A DNA stretch of 27,471 nt. It comes from a virus. Taxonomy: Duplodnaviria; Caudoviricetes. A program made the position numbers and the translations under genes. Below the pieces are notes generated by a model. It was not told the DNA's origin, did no database searches, and worked only from the letters and a program-made list of their open reading frames with translations. The DNA lies in IMG/VR virus record IMGVR_UViG_3300046103_003260, positions 1 through 27,471 of that record. The stretch is one strand, 5' to 3'. Positions 24,787 to 27,471 of the stretch are shown here, piece by piece; position 1 is the first letter of the stretch; the number at the start of each line of letters is the position of its first letter.

Positions 24787-25187
24787 TGAGAATCGGAATT
24801 ACAGGAAGCCCTGAATATAATGATAGACGAAAGATTAAAGACTTTATTTTTAACCTAAAGAATAAAACTTCTGATGATATAGAGATAGTATCAAGAGCCA
24901 ATAAAAACGGTGCTGATACATTGGTTAAAAAGTACGCTCTTGAATTTGGTTATACTTATATTGAATTTCCTGCAGCACACGGATTCAGAACATTACATAC
25001 ACAACTACCTGAATCCTATTTTAATAAACCATTTAGCATCAGTAATTATTTTGTTCAAACCAAAATGTTTACTAAGTATTGTGATTATTTAGTAGTGTTC
25101 ACAGAAGCAAGAAGTATTGATAGAGGCATAGATAATCTATTGTCGGCTATGGATAAATTAGACAAGAAAGCGATAATAATCGCGTAA
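24786..25187 (+). CDS. SLOG-superfamily protein (YspA/DUF2493-like)
   Basis: 'MRIGITGS..Y.D', 'IVS...GADTL...YA' and 'CDYLVVF'. Start taken at the ATG overlapping the upstream stop. Confidence 0.75.
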   Translation: MRIGITGSPEYNDRRKIKDFIFNLKNKTSDDIEIVSRANKNGADTLVKKYALEFGYTYIEFPAAHGFRTLHTQLPESYFNKPFSISNYFVQTKMFTKYCDYLVVFTEARSIDRGIDNLLSAMDKLDKKAIIIA

Positions 25188-25249
25188 AAACAAGGTTTTA
25201 GCGAATCTTTTTGATATTTATATTATATTACAATAAAGGAGAAACAGTT

Positions 25250-26707
25250 ATGGCAAAATTACCAACACTAAAAAAGGTTGACGTAAACAAGAAGAAAAAA
25301 AAGAAGATTTTATTACTATCGGATGACATGAGAATGCACTCAGGTGTAGGAACAATGTCTCGAGAATTGGTTCTAAATTCGATTCAGGAATATGATTGGG
25401 TCCAAGTAGGTGGAGCAATTAAGCATCCAGATAATGGAGCTCGTATAGATATTAGTAAAGACGTAGCAAAGGAAACAGGAGTAGAAGATGCTTCTGTTTT
25501 AATATATCCATTCAGTGGCTATGGCAACCCCGATTTAATTAGACATATTATGAAGGCAGAGAAGGTAGATGCTATATTGCATTTCACAGATCCTAGATTT
25601 TGGGATTGGCTTTATAATATGGAACACGAAATCAGACAAGATATACCAATATTTTATTATACAATTTGGGATGATTTGCCTATTCCTCATTGGAATGCAC
25701 CATTCTACGAATCATGTGATTGGTTAGGGTGTATATCCAAACAGACATATAATATTGTTAGTAAGGTTAGAGATTGGAAAAGGCCTGCTGAAAATGAGAA
25801 AACAAAGGATTGGCAAGTAACATACCTACCTCATGGAGTTCCAGAAACATGGTTCAAACCTATTAAAGAGGGTGATAAATCCTTTTCAAGATATACAGAC
25901 TTTACTAATAGATTATTACATAATGTAGACTATGACTTTGTATTATTCTATAATAATAGAAATATTAGAAGAAAGCAGACAAGCGATATTATATTAGCTT
26001 GGAATGAATTTTGCAATACATTAACAAAGGAACAAGCTAATAAATGTTTAATGGTAATGCATACTCCTAGAGTTGATCCAAATGGTACAGATTTACAAGC
26101 GGTTAAGAATGCAGTATGTCCTGATCATCTAATTATGTTTGATGAAGGCAATAGATCTACAGAGGAATTAGCATTTATGTATAATAGGGCTGATGTAACA
26201 ATTAACTGCGCATCTAATGAGGGATTCGGACTATCGTCTGCTGAATCTATTATGTGTGGAACCATGGTTATTAATAACATCACCGGTGGTCTTCAAGACC
26301 AGGTTGGATTCAAGCGCAATGGTAAATACCTAACAGCTGATGATTACCTAGAGATAGAAAGCATGCATGATAGAGATTTATGGAAAGACAATCCTGAAAT
26401 TACATGGGGAGATTGGGCATTGCCTGTTTGGCCATCTAATAGAAGTATTCAAGGATCACCACAAACTCCATACATATTTGATGATAGAGCAGACTATAAG
26501 GAAATTGCAAAAGCTATGAAGGAATCGTATTCTATGGATAGAGTCGAAAGAAAGCGTAGAGGTATGATCGGACACGAATGGGCTATGAGCGAAGCAGGAT
26601 TTTCATCTAAACAAATGGGGCAAGGTCTTATTGATCAGATGAATACAGCTATGGATAATTGGAAGCCACGTAAACGATTTAATTTATATAAAATAAAAAA
26701 TAGATAG
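25250..26707 (+). CDS. glycosyltransferase, GT-B fold (GT4-like)
   Basis: 'HSGVG', 'LPHGV', 'NRNIRRK' and 'YNRADV...SNEGFGLSSAES...TGGLQDQ'. ATG 25250 follows AAGGAG. Confidence 0.9.
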   Translation: MAKLPTLKKVDVNKKKKKKILLLSDDMRMHSGVGTMSRELVLNSIQEYDWVQVGGAIKHPDNGARIDISKDVAKETGVEDASVLIYPFSGYGNPDLIRHIMKAEKVDAILHFTDPRFWDWLYNMEHEIRQDIPIFYYTIWDDLPIPHWNAPFYESCDWLGCISKQTYNIVSKVRDWKRPAENEKTKDWQVTYLPHGVPETWFKPIKEGDKSFSRYTDFTNRLLHNVDYDFVLFYNNRNIRRKQTSDIILAWNEFCNTLTKEQANKCLMVMHTPRVDPNGTDLQAVKNAVCPDHLIMFDEGNRSTEELAFMYNRADVTINCASNEGFGLSSAESIMCGTMVINNITGGLQDQVGFKRNGKYLTADDYLEIESMHDRDLWKDNPEITWGDWALPVWPSNRSIQGSPQTPYIFDDRADYKEIAKAMKESYSMDRVERKRRGMIGHEWAMSEAGFSSKQMGQGLIDQMNTAMDNWKPRKRFNLYKIKNR

Positions 26708-26714
26708 GAAAGTT

Positions 26715-27471
26715 ATGAAACCATATATAGTATATCAAGGGCCGATCGAAAATAGAAGTGGATACGGCGACCACGCAAGAGATTTAATAAAGGCATTAGT
26801 ATTAACAGGTAAGTATGATATAGATATCATATCAACAAGATGGGGCGATTGTCCTATGGATGCCTTATCAGATAATAAGAGTCTTACAGAGGTTGAATTG
26901 GCAATGAAAGCTTGTATCACAAATTCTCCTAATTTACCAAAGCAGCCTGATGTATTCATACAGGTTACAGTTCCTAATGAATTTACTCCAATAGGTAAGG
27001 CAAATATAGGAATTACGGCTGGAATAGAAACAGATCTTTGTGATGCATCATGGATAGAAGGATTAAATAGAATGGATCTAAATATAGTTCCATCAAATCA
27101 TTCGGCTAAGGTATTTCATAATACGTCTTTTGATAAAATGGATGAAAAGTCCAAGGAAAAATTAGGTGAATTAAAATTAGCTAAACAGATTGCTGTTTTA
27201 TTTGAGGGTGTAGATACTGATATATTTAGTAAGGAATTGCCGATACCTAAATCTATGAATGATTCACTTTCAGCAATTAAGGAAGATTTCTGTTTTCTTT
27301 ATGTTGGGCATTGGCTTAAAGGTAAAATGGGTCATGATAGGAAAGATACAGGAATGCTTATCCAAACATTTTGCAATGCATTTAAGCATAAAAAGAAACA
27401 ACCAGCACTTATAGTAAAGACATCCGGAGCAGGATTTGGTATAATGGAGAGAGATGATTTTATTAATAGAA
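26715..27471 (+). CDS. second GT-B glycosyltransferase, 3'-truncated by the window edge
   Basis: Translated by hand: MKPYIVYQGPIENRSGYGDHARD...PNEF...AGIET...MDLNIVPS...FEGVD...FLYVGHW...DRKD. Frame is open to the end of the window. Confidence 0.85.
   Translation, partial: MKPYIVYQGPIENRSGYGDHARDLIKALVLTGKYDIDIISTRWGDCPMDALSDNKSLTEVELAMKACITNSPNLPKQPDVFIQVTVPNEFTPIGKANIGITAGIETDLCDASWIEGLNRMDLNIVPSNHSAKVFHNTSFDKMDEKSKEKLGELKLAKQIAVLFEGVDTDIFSKELPIPKSMNDSLSAIKEDFCFLYVGHWLKGKMGHDRKDTGMLIQTFCNAFKHKKKQPALIVKTSGAGFGIMERDDFINR

Noticed and set aside
402-26959. All minus-strand ORFs in the track (60-127 aa) and the alternative-frame + ORF 24910-25092
   Set aside because: They lie antisense to or inside well-supported genes, have shadow-frame composition (Leu/Ser/Ile/Phe-rich) and show no motifs.
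1-27471. Stop-codon reassignment (code 15 or 4), as seen in some large phages
   Set aside because: Conserved genes are full length under code 11, and TAG and TGA terminate genes at natural ends (for example recA ends in TAG at 3655-3657).
1-27471. tRNA or rRNA genes
   Set aside because: Intergenic gaps are short and AT-rich, and I saw no cloverleaf or T-loop signatures in them.

Overview
AT-rich, densely coding window with all credible genes on the + strand, from a large T4-like (myovirus/jumbo-type) phage. The host is probably in the Bacteroidota, judged from a recurring TTG-N19/20-TATATT promoter. The window holds a replication/recombination module: gp32-like SSB, UvsX/RecA, 5'-3' exonuclease, DnaB/gp41 helicase, class II ribonucleotide reductase, family B DNA polymerase, sliding clamp, two clamp-loader subunits and a Cas4-like exonuclease. 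It also has GroES/GroEL, SET and SLOG proteins, and two GT-B glycosyltransferases. The highlight lies between the reductase and the polymerase: a 7-deazaguanine cluster (folE, queD, queE, queC) interleaved with a compact TGT/DpdA-like TIM-barrel protein, a P-loop nucleotide kinase, a purine phosphoribosyltransferase, a MazG-like pyrophosphatase, a PD-(D/E)xK nuclease and a divergent DenV-type glycosylase. This gene set suggests a nucleotide-level (pre-replicative) route to a modified dGTP, using a QueC that has lost all four zinc-binding cysteines. All calls come from motif recognition by eye; no database searches were run.
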